Shown here in pieces: positions 49,441 through 62,199 of a stretch of 64,000 nucleotides of DNA; positions within the stretch are counted from its first letter, which is position 1, and each line of letters begins with the position of its first letter. The stretch comes from Vicugna vicugna (taxonomy: Eukaryota). The DNA lies in NCBI GenBank assembly GCA_013265495.1, contig MU058475.1, positions 310,001 to 374,000 on the forward strand, given 5' to 3'. Below the pieces are notes generated by a model. The model had not been told where the DNA came from. It saw nothing but the letters and a program-made list of their open reading frames with translations, and made no database searches. A program made the translations under genes and the position numbers.

Positions 49441-52400
49441 CTTTCCTTCCTTTCCCCACAGTGGTTTCCTTAAGACGAAGGACAGAGGGGGATGCTGGGG
49501 GAGGTGCTCCTCTTCCCTGTATGCACCTGGGCTAGGAGCTCCATGGGCTTCTCTCACTCTCTTTGTCCACTCCCTCCTTCTGACATCCTGTTTACCTCTG
49601 CTGTCCCCGGGTCCTCACAACTGGCTGCCCCGGAGGTAGGGTTCACATCTTTGCTGCCAGCCAGGCTCAGGACCAGATGCTCAGACTCAGGGCAAATCCT
49701 CCTGGTCCCCTCAAACGGAGCCAGTCACTGGGATGAGACTGAGATCCCGGCCCCCCTACAAAGCCCTGATGGGCTGCTCAGCTCTCTTCCTGGAAGGAGT
49801 CGGTTCTGCAGGAGCTGGGTGCTCAGCCACCTCTTCTCAGGCTCCTGCCGGCTGAGAAAGGGACATAGGGAGCTGATGGAGTGAAGAGAGCAGCATAGGT
49901 GGGCACTCTCTGATGAAGGCCAGCTCCGGGGGCTTGGGCTTGAGGCCAACGTGGGCTTTCCTGCTCTCTCTGGCCACCCGGGAGGAAGTGGAGACTAGCC
50001 CAGCCAGTTGCTAAGCTGATCGAGATGGCTCCACTGGAAGCAAGGAGAGGGCGGTGGGTGCTCGGGCTCCGCCCACCAGAGGACATCTGACCGCTTCCTT
50101 CCACCAGGCAGATCACGCTCCCCGCCCCTCCATTGGGAGGGAGCCAGGAAGGGGAGAGCCCCAGGGAGGGGTGGGGATGGCACTTTCCAGGGCTCCCTTG
50201 TCAGCAGTTCCCTGGGAAGACACAGGCTCCCCTCCCTCCAGGGCAGGCGGGCACGTGGCCCTGTATCCAGGGCCGCCCTTTCCCCACCAGCCTGGAACTG
50301 GAGTCCTCCCCAGCTCCAGCCTGTGTGATGGGGTCCTGGTACCCCTCTGGCTTTCCCTGCCAACTGCTGCACTGGGGTTTCACCATCTGGACAGACGGAG
50401 CTCCTGGAATCACAATCCCCACCTTTCCGGATTTCCAGTACCGGCTCACTGCCTAGACCACCCCCCGCCCCCCACTGGGGCCTGTTGCCCTGCACAGTTG
50501 CTCTGGGACCAGCTGTTTCCAGTTGGGACCGACTGTGGTGTCACTCAGCCCTTGCAGTGCCTCAGGCTGCCTGGCTACCTCTTATGGAACCGGCATCCAC
50601 AGCCAGTGTGGGTCCCGGGCCCCCTTCTCCTGGAAACTCCACGTCACTGGTTGCCTGTAGTTGCCATAGTTCTGTCCTGTTCTGTGCCATGAAGGGATCT
50701 GGTCACGTTATGCCATTCCTCTTCCTCTTGCGTTACTTCTTTGTCGTCTTTGCTTTATTTCAGCCTTCTGGGCTCACCCACAATCAGGGACGGTAGCGAC
50801 TGGTTTGGGGAGGGAGGGAGGGGCGGCTGTGGAAGAGGAGGTTGATCTGAGTCCAGCAGGCGTTACTGAGCATCCCCTGTGGGTGGGACACTGCACAAGC
50901 TTTTGTGGGAGATGCAAAGGCGACCTTGTTTAAGGAGATCATATACTAAAACTACTAAAAAATACATATTCTAAAACAGACCCCACATGACCCCACGGAG
51001 GGAAAGCACTCCCTCTGAGCCCTGGCTCAGTCGGTGGTGTCCACACCTCCGAGGAACAGGATTCACTCGCGGTCCTCCTGTTTTTTAGGGCCCTCTCATA
51101 GTTCAGGCTTCCGTGAGCTCAACTCTGCATGCTCTCCTGCCTCCCGTCACAGTCACGGCAGCTGTGTGATGCACACTGACTCCTATACTCCTATCCCTTA
51201 CTCAGCCTCCCAGTCCCATTTGAGGTTGACCAGCTGCCTTGGTTTTCTACTATAGGAAGCTTGGGGCTCAGGCTGCCTTTGGTATCAACTCTCCTTGTTC
51301 TCAACATTTCCTTCCAAAATCTGAAAGGCAGGGAGTACTTGTTTCTGAGCAGCAGCAGGGACATCTTCCTTGTTCAGCTGATAGTTGGAAGGACCAGCGG
51401 AGCATAATTTTTCCTGCGACTCAACCAAAGAGAGGTGATCCGAGCCTCGACATTTTCCTGGCTGGTTCAGCTACAACATTATTGACTTCGTGAATGGAAG
51501 GGTCATTGCTGTTCGGTCTGAGTGATAATGAAGGTGGGAGCGAGGGCACCCACTATCCCGGCAGCTCCCCGTGGCAGCCAGAGAGGGACCTGGGGAAGTG
51601 GACAGAAGGAGATGACGGGTGTGAGGTTCTCCGTCAGCTGTAAATCAGTGTATACATTAAGGGTTACCGTAGCAAAGTGTAGGCTCTATCTTTTCTGCTT
51701 TGCCTCTTCTCTCTTGGTTGGGAAAATGAATTTCCCTTCAGTAACTGTGAATGATCTAAAAGCTTTTCAGATGCGGCTCCCCTCACCAAGTGGCTGGCAG
51801 GGTAGGAAGTGAAGGCAGGAGGTGGCACACAGTGGGTGTTCCCTGCGGATGTTTTTGTTGAATGAATAAATGGAGAAGAACAGAAAGGTACTTCCTGAGA
51901 GGCACGGATGTGGGCTTGAAAGCCTTAAAATCCCAAGGAAGAGAGTTGATTTTTAGAAATAAACCACCCCGAAAAGAAAAGTTGAAAACCGGGAGGCAGA
52001 CCACATGTTATCCTCCCTGGCCAGCACTGCCTGAGCTCACTGATGCCCTGGGACTTGCATTAAATGCACCACATGAATGGATTCACTCATCTTCCCAATG
52101 CCTCCGAAGACAAGTGTGCGATTTCAACCTTTTATCACTATTTTTCACTCTTTACAACTATTTTAGAGATGAAAAAAAATGAAGCATAAGAGAGGCTCAC
52201 TAGCTCACCCAAGGATCCCCAGTGGTGAGGGACAGCCCACAGTGGACGTGGGCCAAACTTAGAGCCCTAGGGGCTGACCTTCTGTACAGGGGCCGGCAGG
52301 GTCTGTGCTCCGTCCTTATCCCACCATCCTGGGTGTGGCAATCGGCTCCCGGCTACGTATTTCCAGGGACTGTTAGGTCAGTAGAGTGAGTCCCTAGAAT

Positions 52401-52470
52401 GCGGTGAAGGATGACCCAAACCAAGTTCCCTGAGCGACAGAACAGGCATCGCAGGATGTATCACCAAGAC

Positions 52471-52682
52471 CAGGTTTCTCAGCAGTGGTGCTTTTGGCAC
52501 TTTAGGCTGGGTGGTTCTTTGCTGGGGGCTGTCCTGGGCGCGGTGGGGTGTTTAGCAATATCCCCGCCGCCACCCACTAGTGGCCACAGCACGCTCTCCC
52601 TCAGTGGTGACGACACTGCTAAGTGGTCCCTGGGGGATGCTGACTCCTCACCTTGACCCTCACTTGAGATCCACTGACTTAG
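52471..52682 (+). mobile_element. MER20 hAT-Charlie DNA transposon
   Basis: TTTCTCAGC...TTCTTTGCTGGGGGCTGTCCTG...TGTTTAGCA...TTGAGATCCACTG. Confidence 0.75.
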
Positions 52683-54508
52683 AGACGTGAAGGGCCAGGA
52701 GAACACACTGCTGTTAAATAGTTTTGAGTCTCAGGGTGCATGATCTTGACAAGAATCTGGAGAAGTCACCTGGGCTCAGAAGAGCTGGGTCTTCTGAACT
52801 CTGGTACGTGAAGTCAGCCAGAAAGAAGGGAGCTGGAAGGAGGACTTCCCTGGATGGAAGCGGGGAAAACCGGGATCTCTGAGATTCAATTCGCTGAACA
52901 TTTTATATAAGGTTTAGGTTATCAGATAAGGAGGAGATTGAAGTTTCAATCTTTCCTTTGTCTCTGGCTGTTCGGCTGGACTTTGGTAAGTATTTTCTTT
53001 CTTTTGTTATTGAGGTATAATCGGTTACAGTGTGTCAATCTCTGGTGCACAGCACGATGTCCCAGTCATGCATATACATGCATATATTCCTTTTCATATT
53101 GTATTTTCTTACTTACTGTTTTGTTCAACACACATTTATTTAGTGCATACTACTGTCTGTCATTGTATTGAACAGGTTTATTTCTTTCCATTCCCTGGGC
53201 CCGACACACAATAGATGCTTGCTGAACATGATCTTGAATTGATTAAGGGAGACAATTGCCTGTGAAAATGAAGTCATCTTGGAAGTGGATTTGCTATAGT
53301 TTCAGACCTGCCACAATATCGTTCAGCAGTGGGTGGCCTGCTTTCTGGGGGCATGTGATGGTCTAGTTCTATACATCTGGATTTATAACGAAAGGCAATG
53401 TATTTGTTGATTAAATTATTTATCTCTTTAAAGATCTGACTTCCTCCCGATCGTGCTCTTTGGTGTGACAGAATTTAGTGGAAAAGGATTCTGGGGAAGG
53501 TTTGCCAGCTTGGGATCAGGGCAGGGACTGGAAGAAGTCTGGGACAATCTTCAGCTTTCTCTGGAGCCTGGAAGTAATGTTGGGGGCAGAGGGGGACCTC
53601 AGGGACGGCACTCACATCAGATGGCTCTGAAGGAGGCTTGAGAAGGCAGCCGAAGCCCAGGGACCAGAGGGAAAGTCATGTTAGCAGACAAGGGACAAAT
53701 CAGGAATGTTTCTATTTGTATTGCCTTTTTGTAAGGAAATTTTATATTGTTATACATATACATATGCTATAAAAATTATGCACAATCATTGTAGGAAAAA
53801 AGGAGGGAAAGCACAGGGAGAAAAATGGGAACCTACCCTTATTTCTTCACCCCAGTGACAGCAGCTGGTCCTTTGCAGCCTTTTTGGTGCACATACATCT
53901 TCACATTGTATCATGAACACTTTCCCATGTCAGCGAAAGTTAAACATCACTTTCAGTGGCTGCAAAATAATTTATTTGGTATTTCATCACAGCATTTGTT
54001 TTCCAATTTTTTTCAATTGTAAATAATACTCCAGTTTGGAAAACTGCTGTCTTGAGAAAGATCCGCATGAAGTCAGAGTGATGCTGGCACTAAGTAGGGT
54101 GTGCCCATAGAAGTTGGGACAAATGAGTGACATCCAGCTTCCAGGGATGACCCACCCTCAGCGATGTTCTCAGAGCATTGCCGTGAGGCTGAGGTGTCTC
54201 CGACCCGGGGGTCCTCGGCGGTGCACAAGGACAGTGTCCCAGTTAGCTGCCTGCAGCAGGGAGGTGTGCAAGAAAGGCTTTGCTTCCAAGCTGCCTGGTG
54301 GAGATTTGTTACATTTCACCAACATTGGGACTTGCAACATGAACTGAGTCCAAGAAGAGCCCCAGTACAATGAACGTATGTTGCTTGCCCTGCCGGGCTG
54401 TGCCAGCACCATGCTGGGAAGGATGCCTTCACTGGCTGATGGGCGTGCTCTAAGCCGTTGGAGTGTTACAGGTGTAACAGTGTTACAGGCGTGACAGTTT
54501 TACAGGCA

Positions 54509-55490
54509 TGCAGCATAATAAAGAATACGTTTGGTTTCTGTCCCTGGTTCCTGGCACAGAGCTCCTCAAACCCTTGGAATTTCCAGATAGGAGTGTGTTT
54601 TGTTATTCACAAGGAGTCCCTTTGGGTCATGCCTGAGTTGATGGTGATGAGGTGACTCTTGGCCCCAGGTAAGGGGGGGAGACCCTAGAGAGCTTCTGGA
54701 GGGGGGCTGGTCACCAGAAGAACCAACTGTGGTGATTGGAGGGTTAGAATTATCAGCCCGAGCCCCCCAACTCCTGAGAGAGGGGCTGGCGGTTGAGCTC
54801 AGTCACTTGGCCAATAATTGAATTAATCATACCCATGTAATAAAACTTTAATAAAAACACTGAAACAATGAGGCTAAGGGAGCTTCCTGGTTGGTGAGCA
54901 CATCCATGGATGCACAGGGAAGGCGCCCCACCCAATTCCACAGGGAGAGGTCTGGAAACTCCATGCCCGCCATCCCCTGGACCTTGCCTACATAGCTCTT
55001 CCATTTGGCTGTTTCTGAGTGTATCCTTTATGTTTTTAAATTGAAGAACAGTCAGTTTATAACGTTGTGTCAATTTCTAGTTACAGTGTAATGTTTTATC
55101 ATCCATGTACATACATATATTCCTTTTCATATTCTTTTTCCATTATAGGTTCCTACAAGATACATATTGAATATAGTTGCCTGTGCTATGCAGAAGATAC
55201 TTGTTTTGTATCCTTTCAATGCAACTGTAATTGTAGCACTTTCCTGAGTTCTAGGAGTCATTCTAGTGACTTATCAAAACTGAAGGGGGTTCATGGGAAT
55301 CCCCCAAATTTACAGCCCATTGATCAGATGTCTGTGTGACCCCCGAGACTTGCAACCGGTGTGTCGTGGGGCAGCCTGGTGAGACTTGGCCTTTGACAGT
55401 GAATCAGTGCTGAATGCAGGTAGACAGTGTCAGAACGGAATTGAACGGGAGGTAGGAGACCCAGCTGGCGTCTGAGATGTGTTGTTGGCA
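54509..55490 (+). mobile_element. MER21C-type LTR
   Basis: TTTGGTTTCTGTCCCTGGTTCCTGGCACAGAGCTCCTCAAACCCTTGGAATTTCC matches the remembered MER21C 5' end. Confidence 0.88.
55030..55206 (-). mobile_element. Short young L1 3' end nested in MER21C
   Basis: TSD TGTATCCTTT at 55020-55029 and 55207-55216. Confidence 0.88.
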
Positions 55491-55712
55491 CCACCCAAGC
55501 CATCCAGCCTCTCACTTAATCATCCCACTTCCCTTGCTCTGATTCTGTGCTCTCCAACTGAACTTTTGATAGTAATTTGGTTTCCCAAAGAGACTTTTCC
55601 ATGGTGGAATGATTGAATTAACTAATCTACACGTTTGGCAATTAAATAGATTGGGACAGTGGTTTCTTCATCTCTGGTGAGAATTTTGCGAGAGTGTAGT
55701 AATGTCATCGTG

Positions 55713-55823
55713 TAGGGTGACCACATCCCAGTTTCCCTGGAACTTCCCTGATTTGGAAACTGGAAGTCCTCTGCCTTGGGAACCCCCACGGCCCTGGGAA
55801 AACCGGGACCACTCATCAGCCTA
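55713..55823. mobile_element. MER81-like hAT-Blackjack element
   Basis: TAGGGTGACCA...GGGAAAACCGGGAC...CCTA terminal inverted repeats. Confidence 0.75.
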
Positions 55824-56036
55824 CCACCAGGACAAGGGCCTCCTAACGATCCAAGTTGAATACCAGGGTCTGGGTCCTGGGACAGGCGCCCCGTCCCACT
55901 GGCACATGGTCATTTCTTCCACACAAGAAGCCGCAGCCTGCCTGGCACTGGGGTGAGGCCATTTTCACGGTGGCACATTTGAATTATAAATATCTAGAAA
56001 CAGACCCCAGGCCCAAAGGCTATCAGTACAACATTG

Positions 56037-56175
56037 GGTTTTTTGTTTTTTTAATTATTTTTATTTTTGGGGTGTGGCAATTAGGTTTATTTATTTCAGT
56101 GGAGGTACTGGGGATTGAACCCAGGACCTTGTCCATGCTAAGCATGTGCTCTACCACTGAGCTATACCTTCCCCC
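56037..56175 (-). mobile_element. tRNA-derived camelid-type SINE
   Basis: GGAGGTACTGGGGATTGAACCCAGGACCTTG...CTACCACTGAGCTATACC; TSD ACAAC(A/T)TTG. Confidence 0.93.
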
Positions 56176-57931
56176 ACAACTTTGTCTACAAGGAGGATGT
56201 GGCTAAAAGTAGAGGCGTCCAGTCATGAGACTGGTCCAGGTCTGAGGAGTGGGTTCCCTGACGGTATCCCAGCTCTGGCCGATGCTGCGGACCTTGGACA
56301 GAACACCTAGGGCAGCAGTTGAGAGCTTTTGTGAGGATAACAGGATGGGGAGTTGTGAAAGGGCAGGTTCCGGGGTGCTATTTCCTTATAGCATGATTGA
56401 ATATTTCCAGGAATAAAGTCAAGGATTCTGCATTTTTAATAAGATCCACCACTAACAGTGATGGTCTGTGGACCACAGTTTGCGAACCACGACTTTAATT
56501 AAGCAAGTGAACAAATGAGATGTTTCCACAGATTCGCTGTCTCCACGTCCACGCAGTCACCGAACATACGATCTCCCTTAGGGAGTCATGAGAGGAGCAA
56601 GTAAGCCGGAGGCAGGGTGCTCCGGGGGCTGTACCTGTTGCAGATGACACAAAGCTGTCTACGTGTTGGTCCTTCTTGCAGGACCACTGCACAGGGTACC
56701 AGCTGTCTCTGAACAGGGAGGAAGGAGATCACTGGAGGCAGGTGAAGGCAGAATTCCAATGAGCCCAAATCAGATTGCTGCTGGGATGTCAGGCGAGAGG
56801 AGCTTTTGTTTTCCTCTTCAGATCTCCTTGAGTTCCTCCCAGATACTCCAGGCTTCTGCCTCTGCTCCACCAGTGCCCCGAGGCAGGCAGCACACAGTTT
56901 GCTGGGACAGCCTATTATCGGAGGAAAATAAACACCGTCTGCCTCCAGCCTGGCTGTCGCAGTGCGTGTCGGAAGTTTATGTGACTGACGGGGCTTCAGA
57001 GGGACACATCAGGCTGCCTCGCCTCGCCTGCTCAGCCTGTCCTCTGTAAATCAGATGATGTGTTTTCTCCCAAGAGAGATTGGCCTTAGAGATTGCTCAC
57101 TGGCCACCCTTCTGGTGGGAGTTGGGGGAGGGGGCGTCAGTTGAGGCCAATTTTCTCCATATTATAAAAGATGACAGCACAGCACCTTGGTCCTGAAGAA
57201 ATGAGAACACATCAGCCATCCATCACCAGCGGGGGTCATGCCAGGAGCCCTGTCTCTGCAGAGCGGATGCTGGAGGGAGTCACTCAGAGGACTAGTGCTT
57301 GGAGCGACTACAAAATAGGTTTGTAGCACGAAGAGATGGTATGTCCTTATTCTCCTGGCTCCATCCTCTCCCCTGGACAGGACTTAAGAGTCGACGTTTG
57401 CTGTCTTTCCTCAGGATCTGTCAGGCTCTCGGGGTCGCTACCCGGGTGCCCTATTCATGCTCATTCCCCAGCGGGGGGAAACAGAACACCAACAGAAACA
57501 CAGCGATGACCCTGGAAAGAGCCCGCCCATGCTTGATGGGGTCTAGCTCGTGGCTCTTTGCTTCGGACAGTGCTTTACGCCTCTAATCCAGGGAGCTGGC
57601 CTCCCTTGTCACATCCTTCAGGGGACACGTCCAGTCTGCTCAGCCTGTCAGCGAGGAGGTGGCCCAGCTGACAGTCTGATCACCCCCTTGGAACTTGATT
57701 TCCCAGGGGCCCCAAGCAGAGTCAGGAAGACAGGAAACAGAAAGAAGTGGGAATTGAGGGTAATGAGGCTACATGACTCAAAATAGGAAAGAAAATGCCA
57801 AAACTGGCAGGGTGGAGGGGGGATAAATAGCAACTAACTAGAGACAAAAGGAAAGTCCCAAGTGAGAACGTGAGCAGAGAATTCCAAACTAAGTTGTGCT
57901 TCTTGTATGCTAAGGATGGAAACACGTTGTC

Positions 57932-58886
57932 CAGACAGTCCTTGCGTCGCACGGTTCTGATCTGCACGTGTTTCCTCAGTTCGTGCAGTTTAGTTAACTA
58001 ATACCAGTCCATCAACACACGGTTCAAACTTCAGTTACTGCTATTAATTATGAGTAATTGTATGAAGTAGCTCTCCCCAGCTGACTCCCAGGTAAATAGC
58101 AGACGCATGTCAAGCCTGGGGACCAATCATGCCTCGTCTTTCAAGTCTGTGGGTAACTGACTGGCCACCTGGCGCCTTTCATTCTTTAGTTTATACACAG
58201 TCAAGCAGAGGTGGCACCACACTGCCCCCTGGCCTCCCAGGATAAACCCAGCTGACTTCTTACAAAAATGGATAACTGAAAGATGAAATGCTGCAAAGAC
58301 CTAAAAAGTGATAATGCTGGAAATGAAATTGTTATGATTAGAAGATCTGAAAATGGCAGCAGTAGAAGAAACCTAGGCCTGCGTGGCCTGGGGTGTCAAC
58401 CGTGTGGAAAAAGGTCAGTGACTGCAGAGGGGAAGGGACTGACAACAGCAAAAAACAAACAAACAAACAAACAAAAACTTGATGTTAAAGGAACTTTCAG
58501 GGCTAGTCTGTGACATTGAAAGAATAAAGAATAAACTGTTGGAAGCCGATGCAAACTTAAAAAGGACTATGACACTTTACCAAGGCATAGAAAAGATGCC
58601 CGCTTGTGCAGTAAGTTATAAAACTGGGAGGCGGTGACTGTTCTAACTCCTCTTACTAAGTTTTGTGCAATGTTTCTATTGTCTTAAACTACAGTATGCT
58701 AAGCAGCGTTAGTTTCCTAGTTTTTTGTTTCCCTAAAAGTTTATAACCAACAGAAAGAGAGCTTCTAATATTTGGAAAGTTTTTTTAAAGCATAATTTTC
58801 TCCATGATTATTAAGCACATTTGCACGGTTTCAGCTGGCCTGGTCGTCTTTCCAGCCTCGCCTTATGCTGCAACGTGGGGCTGCTG
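57932..58886 (+). mobile_element. Tigger13a-like TcMar DNA transposon
   Basis: CAGACAGTCCTTGC..GCACGGTTCTGAT start; TACAAAAATGGATAA; TTTGCACGGTTTCAGCT...CTG end followed by TA. Confidence 0.75.
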
Positions 58887-59267
58887 TATATGCTCAGATC
58901 ACAGGTTACGGATACACAGGTGAAGCGAGGCGAATCCTCGCCATGGTAGTCATTTATAAATTGTAAGTAATGTGATCCTGTTTTTTGCAGGAAAGAAGTC
59001 TGTGTGTGTGTATATATGTGTGACTGCGGAGCTGGCACGTGGCCTCCGCATCTGCTGGATGAAGTTACCACGAGCCCCTTAACCCTCTGCCAGGACTCCT
59101 GCTAATTCCTGGGGGGTGTGCGCTGGGCCAGAGTCTTACCCCCCGGGATCTTTCTTGCTGCGGGGACGCCATCCTTCTCAAGGGCAGCCCCAGTACTGTT
59201 TACGGACGTAGACCTGGCCCCTCCTTCCACTTCCACGGCAAGGCAGTCACCCACACCGTGCTTCTTT

Positions 59268-59888
59268 AGAGATAGGAAGGAAGAGGGCAGGGCACAGCCG
59301 TTCAAGGAAAGACATTGCAATTCGCACCAAGATGGCGGAAAAGTCAACTCCCAATAAACCTGGAGGCCCGAGATAGCGGGGGCTCTGACTCCCAGCAGAC
59401 CCTGAGCTTCATTACAGGCTCATTGTAATACACCTCCCACCAGTGCCGAGACAGCTCCCAGGCTGACCACAGAAGGGCAAAAAGTGGGCGGTGACCCAGT
59501 TCCTGGGAACCCCCGCCCCCTCCCCCAAAGCAGCTGGACTGTCCCCGCCACTTGTTAGCAGGTGGAGTTACCAAGCCCATAAAGACTAGCAGCCCGCTTG
59601 CCTCGGGCCGTGCTCCCTTCTGAGTGAGACGGCCCACTCTGTCTATGGGGTGTGTATCCACTTTCACTGTGAACTAAACCCAGCCCCCACCTCGTGGCCT
59701 TTCTCTTGCCTTCTGAGACAGCCCACACTCTGTCTAAGGGGTGTCCATCTCTCTGAATACATCTACCTTCACTCTACTATGGCTCACTCTTGAGTTCCTT
59801 CCTGCGAGAAGCCAAGGACCCTCACTTGATGGGGCACGTCCCAGGGACTCTCTTGGGACCTGCAACGTGGCCCTTCCTTCCTGCATCA
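59268..59888 (+). mobile_element. MER41-like ERV1 solo LTR
   Basis: TSD CTTT at 59264-59267 and 59889-59892; ACCAAGATGGCG, CTCCCACCAG..CC..GACAG, CAGTTCC.GGGAA..CCCGCCCC and CCAAGGACCCTC motifs in MER41 order. Confidence 0.8.
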
Positions 59889-60233
59889 CTTTGAATTCAA
59901 CGAACTTTACGGAGGACCTGGGGGGTCATGAAGATGTCTCACAGCAGAGTGAGCAGCTGTGCCCCACTTTGCCCTCCTCTCACCCCCTCTGTTTCTCCTT
60001 CCTTCTCCCTCACCCCTCCAGCAGCGGTGACTTCCCTGCCCTGAGAGACTTACGGCAGCCTCCTCACTGGCTGTCAGGGATGGGGTGGCGTGGCGTGGGA
60101 CGGGCCTCTCCCAGCCCCCATCTATTTCAAGTATCTATCCATGTAGCTTTCCTAGCAAAGCTCTTATCTTCCCAAGAGCACTTCCACTGCCATGTGGTCG
60201 ACACACACGTCCAGAGTACACATAAGAAAGAAG

Positions 60234-60460
60234 GTACTAACTGATACATACATATAGAATAGATAAATAGCAAGTTCGTGCTGTACAGTGCAGCGGACTA
60301 TAGTCAATGTCTTTTCGTAACTTACGGTGAAAAAGAATATGAAGATGAACGTATGTGTGCTCATGGGTGACTGGAGCACTGTGCTGTGCACCAGAGATTG
60401 ACACAACATTGGAAACTGACTCTGCTTCAATAAAAGAATATATATACAAGGAAAAAAAGA
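60234..60460 (+). mobile_element. Short young L1 3' end
   Basis: AATAAA plus A-rich tail; TSD AAGAAAGAAG at 60224-60233 and 60461-60470. Confidence 0.88.
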
Positions 60461-62199
60461 AAGAAAGAAGAGAATTATATACATGAGAATGTTACCCTTC
60501 AGTGCGTATCTCTGGGTGGTGAGGGTTACAGATGACTACTATGTTCTTCCTTCTGCTTTTCTGCCTGAACGCATTTTATAAAATGTGTACAACGGACATA
60601 TATTAAATTTTAATGAGAAAAAAATGATTAAAACTGGCTGTGAGCAAGTCCTGAAAAAGGCAAGGCCAATGGCGGTGGGGGGAGCTCAGAGGGGAAGGGT
60701 ATGTGTTTGGCAGGGGCAGAGATTCGCAGGCAAGCTCAGGGAGCCTGAGAGGAGGGGAGGGGAGGCGAGGGGAAGGCGACAGCGGAACAAAGGAATGGGG
60801 AAAAAATCTGATCGCCACTTTAAGGTAACATCATTTGGCTCCATTGTGTTCCCGCATTAGGAGGTTGACTAACAATTACAATGGTAATTATAACAATTTT
60901 AGGTTCGTCTGCACACTGTAGTTTCATTATCCTCCAACGAATTGTGCTGGTTCCTAACATCCTGCTACCACAAAAGAGGAAATGGGAGAGACGCATCCTT
61001 AATTTCTGCTATATTTTATACTTGGCTGTGACACAGTTCCATTTTCAAATCGCCTGCCTACATTAACATGAGAATCGCCTTACCCCTCCCCACTGCAATC
61101 TATTCGATATTGTAGCACTTTAAAAAAGGACCCATCGGTTAGGACCAAAAAGACCCATGAGCGTTCCCTGCCAGCCTCGTGCTCCGTAACCCACACGCCC
61201 CGTCTCACTCCTGGGCTTGTCTTTCTCTTGCAACTGAGCCCAGTGGTACCTGAAACTAGGTGCTGTTGTCACTAGCGTTTTTTGTTTTGTTTTTTTTTTA
61301 ACTAAGGTTTTCTATGTATCCATTAATAACAAGTGCATAGTCCAAGCTCTTTATCCCAATCCAAGCCCTCAGTAAAAGATTACAACAAACCCTGGATGGC
61401 ACAGACGTGATTTGCTTGGCATGATTTAAACATTTAAAAACAGCAATTCTAATTCTTTTGCAGTTTTGACTCCAGCAGCTGGGACTTCTGAATGGCAGAG
61501 ATCTGTTAGTGGGAAAAGGGGCCTGGCAATGAAATGTCATGACGGCGGAAGACAGTTGCACCCCCTCCAGCCCCACCATGACTTAAGGGTTAAAGGGCGG
61601 AGTGGACAGTGAGCAGTGCGGCCAGCAGTAGGGATGGCAGGAGAGAGCTGGAAGTGGTCCCCTGAGTCCCTCTGGAGGCTATGCTCACAGCCATTTCACT
61701 TCCATCACACTCAAGTCCTTCCCATTTAAAATAATGGACAAAAACAGACCATAAACCCTTCTACCTTGGCATCCTCTTTTCTTTCCTTATTAAGTTTCTT
61801 GGAAGAGAGATCCACACTTACTGACTCTTCCTTGCCTCCCAGTTATTCCTCAAACCAGTCCAGCCTGGGTTTGGCCCCGCCACTCTGTGCTCTGCTGAAG
61901 TCAGCGTTATGTCCTATTCTTGAGTCTCTGTCCCACTGGTCTCCCTGCAGAGGCTGACATTATTTTATGCTCTCCCCTGAAAACTTCGTTCCAGCTCTCC
62001 CATCTCTTGATTAATGGCTCTGCCAACCCCTGGTTGCCTGAGCTACAAACAATAACATCCTCAACTCCTTCTTGGCTGATGTGAGAAATATATATAGATG
62101 GCACCCTCTTTTTTCCACCCCTGGTGCTGCTTCCTGGGTTTAACCGCACACACCCTTCATCTGAACTCTGATCAAGCCACTGGTTTTAGCTCTGAATTA

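Noticed and set aside
50054..50692. Longest ORF (212 aa) and other GC-rich ORFs at 48.8-50.7 kb
   Set aside because: Pro/Gly/Arg-rich, overlapped by ORFs in other frames and strands, with no recognisable domain; expected by chance in stop-poor GC-rich DNA
50940..50951. U6 snRNA-like 12-mer CATATACTAAAA
   Set aside because: Match does not extend in either direction; no PSE or TSD
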